Shown here piece after piece: positions 31,063 to 40,773 of a stretch of 64,000 nucleotides of DNA. Source of the stretch: Candidatus Latescibacterota bacterium (GTDB taxonomy: Bacteria; Latescibacterota; UBA2968); the NCBI GenBank assembly GCA_965204745.1, contig OZ242010.1:4640001-4704000 (forward strand). The letters are read 5' to 3'. Under the pieces are notes generated by a model. The model was not told where the DNA came from. It searched no databases and saw only the letters and a program-made list of their open reading frames with translations. How positions within the stretch are numbered: the first letter of the stretch is position 1; each line of letters opens with the position of its first letter. A program made the translations under genes and the position numbers.

Positions 31063-34023
31063 ATGATGCCCCGCTACGCTCACTTGTTGGCCCTGGTCGC
31101 GCTGGTCATGCTGGTGGCATCGGGGCCGGTCAACGCGCAGAACGTGACGATTCCCGACGCCAACCTGCGAGCGAAAGTTAATCAGAGACTGAATAGGGCA
31201 ACGACTAGCACTTTGCCGATTACCGTTAGTGATATGGCGAGTATAACCATCCTTCAAGGGATTAGATCGAATATCAGTAATCTAACCGGGCTTGAACATG
31301 CAACCGGACTGCAAAGATTGCAGTTACTCGGCAACAACATCACAAATATCGACTCCCTATACGCCTCAACTAACCTGCATACCCTGGACTTAAGCGAAAA
31401 CAACATCACAAATATCGGCGTCCTATCGAAATTAACCGGCCTGAGAATAAGCCTGAACTTAAGCCGAAACAACATCACAAATATCGACTCCCTATACACC
31501 CTAACTAACCTGAGAAGCCTGAACATAAACGAAAACAACATCACAAATATCGACTCCCTATACACCCTAACTAACCTGAGACAACTGCAAGCAACCCATA
31601 ACAACATCACAAATATTGACTCCCTATCGAACTTAACCGAACTGAGATTGTTGCGTCTTAACAACAACCGCATCTCGGATCTCTCGCCTCTACGGAACTT
31701 AACCCGTCTGGAATCTCTGGGTCTTGACAACAACAATATCACGGATCTCTCGCCTCTCATGCACTTAACCAGCCTGACATATTATGTGACCCTTAACTAT
31801 AACAACATCACAAATCTCGACTCTCTATCGACCTTAACAGATTTAGACCGTCTCGGGCTTATAGCAAATGTGAATCTCTCGGATATCTCGCCTCTATCGA
31901 CCTTAACCAACTTGAAAAGGCTGAATATATACAGCAACCCAAGTCTCTCGGATATCTCGCCTCTATCGACCTTAACCAACTTGGAATCTATTGATGCTAG
32001 ATTCTCCAACATCTCGGATATTTCGGCTCTATCGAACTTACCCCTACTAAGGTGGGTGTATCTTAACACCAACCGCATCACGGATCTCTCGCCCTTGATT
32101 TCAAATACGGGAGTGGGCTCAGGAGACTTTGTTCGCGTATATGCAAATCCGCTGAGTGCCACGTCGCGGAACACGCACGTTCCCGCCCTTCGGAACAGAG
32201 GGGTAAATGTAACACTTTCGCCAGTCATAACGCTGTCGCTGTCGTCCTCCGCGATTGGCGAAAACGGTGCAACCGCGACCATCACGGCAACGTTGGACCA
32301 AGCGCATCGCACTTTTGCAACGACGATCACCGTCGCGGCTGCTCCGGGCGCAAACGCTGTGTCGGCCGATTTCACGTTGAGCAACAACCCCGTGCTGACT
32401 ATCGCGGTCGGTGCAACGACGAGCACCGGCACTGTAACGATTACAGCAGTGGACAACTCGGTCAGTGCAAGCGATAAGACGGTCACTGTGTCGGCCACCT
32501 CACTGGGCCGTGTTCTAAGATCAGGTAGAGCTGTCCCCGATGTAACGCCCCCTTTACCTGTGCCCCTGACCATCCTAGACGATGAATCCCCGGTCACAAC
32601 GCTAGTGCTGTCGCGATCCGAGATAGACGAAAGCGGTGCAACCAATCAGACGACTGTGACAGCGACCTTGACCCGGGCATCGACCGCGGCAACGACGATC
32701 ACCGTCGCGGCTACTCCGGGCGCAAACGCTGTGGCGGGCGATTTCACGTTGAGCAACAACCCCGTGCTGACTATCGCGGCTGGCGCAACGACGAGCACGG
32801 GCACCGTAACGATTACAGCGGTGGACAACTCGGTCAGTGCAGGCGATAAGGCGGTCACTGTGTCGGGCAACGCGCAGAACAGCGCCGGCGTCGCCTCCCC
32901 CTCAGATGTGACCCTGACCATCCGAGACGATGAACCCCCCTCCCGAGCTGAAGATCCGGTTGAAAATCCGGCGGCTACAAATCAAGTGCCCGAATTTACA
33001 GATGTGGTGGATTTTCAACGCTATCAACAAGGCACACCTATTGCGCCGCTGACATTCCCCGTGGCCCAGGGTGGCGACGGAGCACTGACCTACACTTTGT
33101 CCTCACTTCCTCCGGGCCTGACCTATACCCCGCCGAGCGAAGAGGACGCGCATGGCGGCGTCTTGTCCGGCACGCCGACCGAGACACAGGCCAAAACCCT
33201 GTACACCCTGACCGCAACAGACGAAGACGAAGATGTGGCGCGTGCGTTATTCTACATCGTCGTCATGGTAGCTACATCGTCGGACGTCGAGGCAGATAGG
33301 ATGCCGTCTTTCGGCGATGCGACGGTCGCCGCGCAAAGCTATGTACAAAACCGAGAGATCGAAGCGATAACCCTGCCGCAAGCGACCGGTGGCGATGGCG
33401 CGCTGACCTACGCGCTGACCCCCGATCTGCCCGAGGGCTTGACCTTCAACACCGAGACGCGGGTGCTGTCGGGTCTGCCGACCGAGGCGCTAGGCGAAAC
33501 GACCTATACGCTGACCGCAACAGATGGCGATGGCGACGAGGCGACCCTGCGATTCGCCCTCGCCGTGGCGGAAGATCTCATGCCCTCATTTGCCGATACG
33601 GTCGTCGCCCACCGCTATCTGGTGAAAACAGAGGTCGAGATAACTTTCCCCGAAGCCACGGGTGGCGACGGGGTGCTGGCCTATATCCTCTTGCCATTCC
33701 TGCCCGATGAGTTGGAATTTGACCACGAGACGCGGGTGATATCCGGCACGTTGCTTCAGGCGATACTCGAGACCGAATACACGCTGAGCGCGTTGGACGC
33801 GGATGGCGATGTGGCTTCGCTGGTCTTCACCCTTGAAGGGCTCACGCCCGACTTCGATGGCAATGGTCGGGTCAATTTCGCGGATTTCGCGCTTTTTGTC
33901 GTCAGGTATGGAACGCGGCATGGCGAAGAAAGATATAACTCGCGCTACGATCTCAATAGCGATGGTGCGGTTGGCTATGACGATTTTTTGATCTTCCGTC
34001 AGTATTACGACACGGAGATTTGA
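31063..34023 (+). CDS. Secreted internalin-like LRR protein with Calx-beta/Ig-like repeats and C-terminal EF-hand (dockerin-like) module
   Basis: GAGGAGG RBS, signal peptide, VTIPDANLRA cap, about a dozen 22-aa LRRs, duplicated Thr-rich beta domains, GGDGALTY putative-Ig repeats, PDFDGNGRVNFADF. Confidence 0.92.
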   Translation: MMPRYAHLLALVALVMLVASGPVNAQNVTIPDANLRAKVNQRLNRATTSTLPITVSDMASITILQGIRSNISNLTGLEHATGLQRLQLLGNNITNIDSLYASTNLHTLDLSENNITNIGVLSKLTGLRISLNLSRNNITNIDSLYTLTNLRSLNINENNITNIDSLYTLTNLRQLQATHNNITNIDSLSNLTELRLLRLNNNRISDLSPLRNLTRLESLGLDNNNITDLSPLMHLTSLTYYVTLNYNNITNLDSLSTLTDLDRLGLIANVNLSDISPLSTLTNLKRLNIYSNPSLSDISPLSTLTNLESIDARFSNISDISALSNLPLLRWVYLNTNRITDLSPLISNTGVGSGDFVRVYANPLSATSRNTHVPALRNRGVNVTLSPVITLSLSSSAIGENGATATITATLDQAHRTFATTITVAAAPGANAVSADFTLSNNPVLTIAVGATTSTGTVTITAVDNSVSASDKTVTVSATSLGRVLRSGRAVPDVTPPLPVPLTILDDESPVTTLVLSRSEIDESGATNQTTVTATLTRASTAATTITVAATPGANAVAGDFTLSNNPVLTIAAGATTSTGTVTITAVDNSVSAGDKAVTVSGNAQNSAGVASPSDVTLTIRDDEPPSRAEDPVENPAATNQVPEFTDVVDFQRYQQGTPIAPLTFPVAQGGDGALTYTLSSLPPGLTYTPPSEEDAHGGVLSGTPTETQAKTLYTLTATDEDEDVARALFYIVVMVATSSDVEADRMPSFGDATVAAQSYVQNREIEAITLPQATGGDGALTYALTPDLPEGLTFNTETRVLSGLPTEALGETTYTLTATDGDGDEATLRFALAVAEDLMPSFADTVVAHRYLVKTEVEITFPEATGGDGVLAYILLPFLPDELEFDHETRVISGTLLQAILETEYTLSALDADGDVASLVFTLEGLTPDFDGNGRVNFADFALFVVRYGTRHGEERYNSRYDLNSDGAVGYDDFLIFRQYYDTEI

Positions 34024-34046
34024 TGCCGCAGAACGATTACGCGCAC

Positions 34047-34090
34047 AAAAGAAAAGCCCGGGGGTGCAATGACTCCGGGCTTTTCTTTTT
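34047..34090. terminator. Intrinsic terminator
   Basis: AAAAGAAAAGCCCGG-loop-CCGGGCTTTTCTTTT. Confidence 0.9.
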
Positions 34091-35028
34091 GGGACCTACC
34101 CCCCTAACCCCCGTTACTCGCTTCGCTTCGTTGTAGGCTACGCCTGTGCCTGCGAGGAAGGGGGAATGGCGAGAGGGTTTGCGAGAGGAATGGCGATAGG
34201 TCTTGCGAAGTGGGACCTACCCCCTGGCCCCCTTCCTACGAGGAAGGGGGAATGGCGAGAGGGTTTGCGAGAGATTTACGCGAGAGGTTTTTGGGGTTCA
34301 TGGCGTGATCCATTCGCCCAAAGCCATCAGAACAGCCAAGGAAACAAACTTCAAAAAGCCATGTGCTCCCCCTTTCCTTGTAGGAAAGGGGGCCGGGGGG
34401 ATAGGTCGCTTTTTCATGGCGCGATCCATTCGCCCAAAGCCATCAGAACAGCCAAGAATACAAACCATCAAAAAGCCATGCGCTCCCCCTTTCCTTGTAG
34501 GAAAGGGGGCCGGGGGGATAGGTCGCTTTTTCATGGCGTGATCCATTCGCCCAAAGCCATCAAAACAGCCAAGGATACAAACCATCAAAAAGCCATGCGC
34601 TCCCCCTTTCCTCGCAGGCACAGGCGTAGCCTACAATGAGCGAAGCGAATAACGGGGGCCGGGGGGATAGGTCGCATTTTCATGGCGCGATCCATTCGCC
34701 CAAAGCCATCAGAACAGCCAAGGATACAAACCATCAAAAGAGCTTTTCTCCCCTTTCCTCGCAGGAAAGGGGCCGGGGGATAGGTCCCAAAAGCCATCAA
34801 AATAGCCCTTGCATTCATCTATCAAGAAACCCATGCTCCCCCTTTCCTTGTAGAAAAGGGGGCCGGGGGGATAGGTCGCATTTTCATGGCGCGATCCATT
34901 CGCCCAAAGCCATCAGAACAGCCAAGAAAACAAACCTTCAAAAAGCCATGTGCTCCCCCTTTCCTCGCAGGCACAGGCGTAGCCTACAATGAGCGAAGCG
35001 AATAACGGGGGCCGGGGGGATAGGTCCC
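34091..35028. repeat. REP-A array (8 hairpins) upstream of DUF559 gene
   Basis: Two forward units (34091, 34212) and six reverse units ending ~34407, 34524, 34673, 34788, 34877, 35028; basic period 117 bp. Confidence 0.92.
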
Positions 35029-35052
35029 ATAAAAAAATCTAAGCGAAACATC

Positions 35053-35427
35053 GTGATTGGGCAACGTGTTATGGCCGAGAAAGTGGCACAAGCGCGGCGG
35101 TTGCGAAAACAGATGACCGAGGCGGAAAAACGGCTTTGGGAACGGTTGCGTGGAAACCGGGTTGATGGGGTTCACTTTCGCCGCCAGCAAATCATTGACG
35201 GTTTTATTGTCGATTTCTACTGCCATGCCGCTGGCTTGGTCATTGAAATTGATGGTCAGATTCACGCTCATCAGGTTGGTTATGATGCCCAACGCGATGA
35301 GGTACTCAAAGCCCACGGATTACAAATCATCCGCATATCGAATGAGAAAATCTACGCGGATATAGAGGGCGTTGTTCAAATGATCAGAGCGCATGTCAAG
35401 GGCATGATCTGTCCTCCTAACCCCTAA
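35053..35427 (+). CDS. DUF559 (Vsr-like / PD-(D/E)XK) endonuclease domain protein
   Basis: ARRLRKQMTEAEKRLWERLR, FRRQQIIDGFIVDFYC, LVIEIDGQIH, YDAQRDEVL. Confidence 0.92.
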   Translation: MIGQRVMAEKVAQARRLRKQMTEAEKRLWERLRGNRVDGVHFRRQQIIDGFIVDFYCHAAGLVIEIDGQIHAHQVGYDAQRDEVLKAHGLQIIRISNEKIYADIEGVVQMIRAHVKGMICPPNP

Positions 35428-35458
35428 AAGGAGGAACTTGTGAGCGGTTTTGCGAATC

Positions 35459-35778
35459 GGGACCTACCCCCCTAACCCCCCTTCCTGCGAGGAAGGGGGA
35501 ATGGCGATGGGTCTTGCGAGGGATTTGCGCGAGAGGTTTTTGGGGTTCATGGCGTGATCCATTCGCCCAAAGCCATCAAAACAGCTAGGGATACAAACCA
35601 TCAAAAGAGCTTTTCTCCCCTTTCCTTGCAGGAAAGGGGCCGGGGGATAGGTCCCAAAAGCCATCAAAATAGCCCTTGCGTTCATCTATCAAGAAACCCA
35701 TGCTCCCCCTTTCCTCGTAGGCACAGGCGTAGCCTACAATGAGCGAAGCGAATAACGGGGGCCGGGGGGATAGGTCCC
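35459..35778. repeat. REP-A array (3 hairpins) downstream of DUF559 gene
   Basis: One forward unit (35459) and two reverse units (ending 35655, 35778) with the same linkers as the upstream array. Confidence 0.92.
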
Positions 35779-35837
35779 CTCGCGCAACGCCCGCATCGCC
35801 TACTTGTTTTTTTATTACTGACCACTGACCACTGACC

Positions 35838-38800
35838 ATGACACTCAAAAAATCAATCTACATCACTATCGGAACAGCCAGTGTGCTGCTGATCGCGTTG
35901 TTGCTGATCGCTGGTGGCTATGTCAATGGGATCGTGCGCGGCTTGGCGCAGCGCGTTCTGGTGTGGCAACTGGCGGAGGACGCTCGGATCGGCGCGATTC
36001 GGGGCAATCCATTGCGCGAGTTTCGCGTGGTAGATGTGCAAATCGGCGATTGGGTGCGCGTGGATACGCTCGATGTGGCGTACGATATTTGGGGCATGCT
36101 GAGAGGGCGGGCGATTGTGCATCGGTTGAAGGTGATCGGGGCCGAGGTGCTGATCAAAGGGTCGGACGGCGCGTTTTCGCAGATAGCCCTGCCCGTGGAG
36201 ATCGAGTCGCTGGAGATCGCAGGGGCCGAGGTCGTGATCGACAGCACGCGAGTGCGGGACATCGCACTCTCTGGCGCGCTTGTCGCAGAGGATCAGGGCT
36301 ATCGCGCGGTTTTGAAGCGGTTTCGCTCCGTGCAGTTCACCCCGCCGTTAGAGGTGACCAATTTGTCTGGCGTCGCGGTGTTGCAAGGCGGACGGGTGCA
36401 GTTGAACGACATCGCGTTGCACACGCACAACTCTCGGGTTTTGCTCAGTGGCACAGTGCGGCAGTTGGACGATCCCGTGCTGGATATCGGCGTAGAGGCC
36501 GACTCCCTGTGGCTGGCGGATATCCGAGGGATCGGCGAGCTGCCAAAGCGCGCGGTGCGGTTGCGCGGCAAGGTGCAGGGCGGGCTGGATTCCCTGGGCG
36601 TGGAAGCACTTGTCGCGCGTGGCGCGTCCGATTCCCTGGTATTTCACGGCGTTTTGGGCGTTTCGCTATTTGCCCTGCGCGGCGATGCGGCTTTCGAGAT
36701 CGCGGTGGAGGATCTGTCCGATTGGGGTGTCCCACTGGAAGATGCGGTCGGGTTCGATTTGAAAGGACAAGGCAACATCCAGGTCGATTCCTCGGGCGTG
36801 CGCGAAGGCCATGTCGAGGGCGTTTTGCAGCGCGTGCGCGTGGGCGATGCGCGGTTTGATTCCGTGGATTTTTCCGGCACTTTGGCAGATGGCCTGTTCC
36901 GAGCACAGGTCGCTGTGGCCGGGCCGAGCGGCGAGATAAAAGGCGGTGGGCGAGCGCGGTGGGCGGATTGGCGCGGGGACTGGGCGATCCGGTTCAGCGA
37001 TGTGCATGCGGGACAATTCCCCGGCGTGCCCAAAAATGTCGGGCGAACGAACGGGCGCGTCGATATTGCACGCGATTCCGTGTGGCGCGTGGGCATTGCG
37101 CTGGACAAAGTGCAAATGCCAGATGGCGAGATGCGAGACGCGACTGCCCAGGCCCGATATGGGGATCAGCGGCTCGTTGTCGATCACTTTGCGGCGCGAT
37201 TGCCGCATTGGGGAATGCGCGTTGTGGGCAATGGGCAGGGGGTGATCGATCTCGAACCCGCGATTGCAGGCAGTCTCCGCGCAGAGGTCGCGTTGCCCGA
37301 TTTGCTGCGGACGGACAGGTGGGGCGATTCCCTGACGGTTGCGGGCCGCGTCGATGGCATTGTGGGCCGCGCGCTGAAAGTGGCGTTGTCGGGCGCGATT
37401 GCGGGCAATGCCGCAGCGGATCGCTTTCGCATGTCCGGTGCGGTCGATTCCATATTGCGGACGGAATTTTACGCGGAACTGTTAGGCGATGCCGGGATGT
37501 TGTCCACCGAGGGGCACGTCGATGTGCGCGAGATGGCACTGTCGGGCGCGTGGCAGCTAGATGTCTCGCAGTTGGCGGCAGTCGGCGAGGTGATCGGCGT
37601 GGATTTGGCCGGGGCGATGAAATTGTCCGGCGCGTTGTCCGGCGATTTGACCGCGCCCGGTTTTTCCGCCAAGGGCCACGCGGATAGCCTCTTGGTGGCG
37701 GGCGTTTTGGTGCAAAATGTCGATCTCGATACCCGCTGGGCGCGGCCGGATTCGGGTGCTGTGATGTTGCGAATCGATCACTTGATTTCGAGCCGCCGCG
37801 CGTTGCGGGCCGTGTTTCTCGACGCGGTGTACGTGCGCGGCAAAACGTCTTTTTGGTTTGGCAGCGCGGCGCGGGCGCAGGACGGGATTTTCTTGATGGG
37901 CAGCGCGCAACAGGTCAAAGACGAGGTGCGAGTGGCGGTGGATTCGTTGCACATTCAGGTCGATGAGGTGGCGTTGAACAACGAGGGGCGGATTCGATTT
38001 GCGTACGCGCCCGGGCGGGGCATTCACATCGGGCAGTTGGTTCTCTCCGGGCCGGCCGGCCGGCTCATTGCGCGGGATCAGCGGGATTTTCAGGCGACTG
38101 TAGAAGTGGTGTTGAAAAATTTGGATTTGCGCCCGTGGGCATTCGTGGCGGGCGTTTCCGGTTCTGGCGGCATTCTCAATGGCGAGATGCTTTTTGCCGG
38201 TACCCTGACGGACCCGCTCGTTTCCGGCGCGTTCACATTTGCAAATGCCAAGGTCATGGGGGTGCGATTTGGCGATGCCACCGCAGAGATGTCGTTTGGC
38301 AATGGCAAGATGCTCGCAGAGGCACAGATCGCGCCCACAAAAGACGAGGTGATCGACGTGGTCGGCAACGTTCCCATTGCAGTGCCCGGGGACATGCACC
38401 TGCGCGTTCGGTCAAAGGGAATCGCGCTCCGCACGCTTTTGGATGTGGCGGATGAAAAAACGAAATTGGCGGGGATAACGCGGTCAGAAGGCTTGGGGAT
38501 CAACACGGCTTTGAACGCGCTTTTCGACGCGTCCGAGGGGATTTCGGGAAAACTATCGCTGGATTTGGACGCGCGCGGGCGTTTTGATGATCCCGATCTT
38601 CGCGGGGTGATTGAACTCGAAGAGGGGGCGATTAACCTGTCGAATCTGAATCGGTCTTATGCCCCGGTTTCTGGTCGCGCCGTGATTGGGGATGGCAAAA
38701 TTCGGATCGACAACTTTGTGGTCGGGCCTGCGGCGACCCTGTCTGGCACGGTGACGCTCGCGGGATTTTTGCCGACCCGGTGGGATTTGTCCGCACACTT

Positions 38801-39725
38801 GAACGCATTTGAACCCGTGGCCCTGCCGGAACTGCAACTCGTAGCAGATGGGCAGTTGCGATTTTCAGGCACGCCAGAAAGCTCGCAACTCGAGGGCGAG
38901 GTGGCATTGAAACAAGCCGAGATCCGCTTGGCAGAATTGCTCAAAACCCCGGGCCAGGAAGCGGGGTTGCTAGATGCGTTGAATATCCATGTGCAAGTGT
39001 CTGCGGCTAGACAGGTGTGGATACGCGATCCGACTTTTGAGGTGGAAATCGCGGGAGATGTGGATGTGATCCAAGGTCGCGACGGCCTGCGGATTTACGG
39101 CACGCTGACCAGCCGCAGGGGAAATTACATTTTGCAAAACCGTCGCTTGCGGATTACGCAGGGCGAGATTCAGTTTCAGGGCAGGCCCGGGGGGAATCCG
39201 AATCTGAATATCCGCGCCGAGACGCGCATCCGCGCTGTGATTGCAGAAGACGCGGAGCCGGTCGATATTGCGGTCGCAGTGGGCGGCACCCTGACGCATC
39301 CGCAGGTCGAGATGACGAGCGATCCGCCACTGGAAGGGGATATGGGAGATATGCTCGCGCTGTTGCTGACGGGCAGGTCGGTCAGCCAGTTTAAGTTTTC
39401 CCGCGAGGGCACGCTGGATCTCGTTTTGGGCGTTGCCGCAAACCGCTTGGGCCAGCATATCGGGCAAAAATTGCGCCTGGATTTGGTAGAGATCGATGTC
39501 GGACAGGGCAATATCTCTCGGGTTCGGCTGGGCAAGTACATCGGCACGCGGCTTTTCATGAGTTATGCCCGCGACATTTCGAGCACGGCCAATGAGCTGG
39601 CAATGGAGTTTGAAGTGTTGCCGGGCGTGACATTTGAAGCGCGTCAGGTAGGGGACGTGGATGAAGACACCAAGAACCAGCGGACGCGGGAATCGGTCGG
39701 GCTGTTTTGGAAGAAGGAGTGGTAG
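35838..39725 (+). CDS. Translocation/assembly module TamB-like protein (DUF490)
   Basis: N-terminal anchor, long beta-rich body, C-terminal ITQGEIQF..NPNLNIRAE..VGGTLTHPQV..LGKYIGTRLF. Confidence 0.88.
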   Translation: MTLKKSIYITIGTASVLLIALLLIAGGYVNGIVRGLAQRVLVWQLAEDARIGAIRGNPLREFRVVDVQIGDWVRVDTLDVAYDIWGMLRGRAIVHRLKVIGAEVLIKGSDGAFSQIALPVEIESLEIAGAEVVIDSTRVRDIALSGALVAEDQGYRAVLKRFRSVQFTPPLEVTNLSGVAVLQGGRVQLNDIALHTHNSRVLLSGTVRQLDDPVLDIGVEADSLWLADIRGIGELPKRAVRLRGKVQGGLDSLGVEALVARGASDSLVFHGVLGVSLFALRGDAAFEIAVEDLSDWGVPLEDAVGFDLKGQGNIQVDSSGVREGHVEGVLQRVRVGDARFDSVDFSGTLADGLFRAQVAVAGPSGEIKGGGRARWADWRGDWAIRFSDVHAGQFPGVPKNVGRTNGRVDIARDSVWRVGIALDKVQMPDGEMRDATAQARYGDQRLVVDHFAARLPHWGMRVVGNGQGVIDLEPAIAGSLRAEVALPDLLRTDRWGDSLTVAGRVDGIVGRALKVALSGAIAGNAAADRFRMSGAVDSILRTEFYAELLGDAGMLSTEGHVDVREMALSGAWQLDVSQLAAVGEVIGVDLAGAMKLSGALSGDLTAPGFSAKGHADSLLVAGVLVQNVDLDTRWARPDSGAVMLRIDHLISSRRALRAVFLDAVYVRGKTSFWFGSAARAQDGIFLMGSAQQVKDEVRVAVDSLHIQVDEVALNNEGRIRFAYAPGRGIHIGQLVLSGPAGRLIARDQRDFQATVEVVLKNLDLRPWAFVAGVSGSGGILNGEMLFAGTLTDPLVSGAFTFANAKVMGVRFGDATAEMSFGNGKMLAEAQIAPTKDEVIDVVGNVPIAVPGDMHLRVRSKGIALRTLLDVADEKTKLAGITRSEGLGINTALNALFDASEGISGKLSLDLDARGRFDDPDLRGVIELEEGAINLSNLNRSYAPVSGRAVIGDGKIRIDNFVVGPAATLSGTVTLAGFLPTRWDLSAHLNAFEPVALPELQLVADGQLRFSGTPESSQLEGEVALKQAEIRLAELLKTPGQEAGLLDALNIHVQVSAARQVWIRDPTFEVEIAGDVDVIQGRDGLRIYGTLTSRRGNYILQNRRLRITQGEIQFQGRPGGNPNLNIRAETRIRAVIAEDAEPVDIAVAVGGTLTHPQVEMTSDPPLEGDMGDMLALLLTGRSVSQFKFSREGTLDLVLGVAANRLGQHIGQKLRLDLVEIDVGQGNISRVRLGKYIGTRLFMSYARDISSTANELAMEFEVLPGVTFEARQVGDVDEDTKNQRTRESVGLFWKKEW

Positions 39726-39792
39726 GTCAACGAAAATATCGCAAAAAAATAACAGCGGTTGACAATATTATTTTATCGGATTAGGTTTGGGG

Positions 39793-40074
39793 ATGATCAA
39801 GACATTCAAGGATAAAGAGGCACAAAAAGTATTTCAGGGCCGTTTTTCCAGAAAATTGCCGCACGATATTCAGCATGTTGCGGAACGCAAATTGATTTTA
39901 CTCCATCAATCAGCGAACTTGAATGATTTGCGCGTTCCACCATCCAACCGGTTAGAGGCATTAACAGGAAATCGGAGAGGGCAACACAGTATCCGCATAA
40001 ATGACCAATGGCGAATTTGTTTTGAATGGGCCGAGGATGGTGTTTATGCTGTTGAAATCGTGGATTATCATTGA
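39793..40074 (+). CDS. higB: HigB (plasmid maintenance killer family) toxin
   Basis: MIKTFKDKE, DLRVPPSNRLEAL, HSIRINDQWRICF, VEIVDYH; upstream TTGACA-17 nt-TAGGTT. Confidence 0.93.
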   Translation: MIKTFKDKEAQKVFQGRFSRKLPHDIQHVAERKLILLHQSANLNDLRVPPSNRLEALTGNRRGQHSIRINDQWRICFEWAEDGVYAVEIVDYH

Positions 40075-40082
40075 GGTGCGTT

Positions 40083-40379
40083 ATGAGAGACAGATTCCCG
40101 ATTCATCCGGGTGAGATTTTGCAAGAAGAATTTTTAGGGCCAATGGGCATCAGCCGCGCTCGTCTCGCTCGTGATATTGGCGTTCCTGCAAAGCGGATTG
40201 ACAAAATTGTTCGCAAAGAAAAGGGTATTAGCGCGGATACCGCCCTGCGACTCGCACGTTATTTCGGCATGTCAGTTGAATTTTGGACAGGCATTCAAAC
40301 ACATTATGAAGTCGAGAAAGCAAAAATGACATTGGCAGATCGAATAGAAGATGAGGTCAAAGTTTTTGCAACGGCGTAG
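40083..40379 (+). CDS. higA: HigA antitoxin
   Basis: PIHPGEILQEEFLGPMGIS, ISADTALRLARYFG. Confidence 0.93.
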   Translation: MRDRFPIHPGEILQEEFLGPMGISRARLARDIGVPAKRIDKIVRKEKGISADTALRLARYFGMSVEFWTGIQTHYEVEKAKMTLADRIEDEVKVFATA

Positions 40380-40387
40380 GTTCTGTT

Positions 40388-40542
40388 CCGTGCGTTCCCC
40401 GCCGCCGTGTGCGTCCCTTCCGCCCAATCCCCGCCGCCGAGTGCGTTCCCCGCCGCTACGACCCCGCCCCGTGTGCGTCCCCATCCCCACGACCCTGCCG
40501 CCGTGTGCGTCCCTTCCGCTCAATCCCCGCCCCGTGTGCGTT
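40388..40542 (+). repeat. Degenerate CCGTGTGCGTYCCC repeat tract
   Basis: About six copies; inverted relatives (ACGCACGGGCGG) at ~59710-59820 and ~61250-61290. Confidence 0.7.
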
Positions 40543-40661
40543 CTACCATCCAACCGGTTAGAGGCATTAAAAGGAAATCGGAGAGGGCAATACAGTATCC
40601 GCATAAATGACCAATGGCGAATTTGTTTTGAGTGAGCCGAGGATGGTGTTTATGCTGTTGA
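40538..40661 (+). pseudogene. Duplicated 3' half of higB
   Basis: Near-identical to ~39932-40055; TGG to TGA change at 40633-40635. Confidence 0.88.
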
Positions 40662-40773
40662 GAAATTCGGCAAAAGTCATTAACGTTCATGCAGAGCAAC
40701 CCAAAATCCAAATAGGCGTATAATGATTGACCTATCCCCTGTCAAAACCGCATCCACACAAAAGGACTATCCC

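Noticed and set aside
31170-32230. Diversity-generating retroelement
   Set aside because: No reverse transcriptase or template/variable repeat pair with adenine-only mismatches visible in the window.
34300-35028. CRISPR array
   Set aside because: Linkers between hairpins are near-identical rather than unique spacers, the period is about 117 bp with mixed orientation in the wider array, and no cas genes are present.
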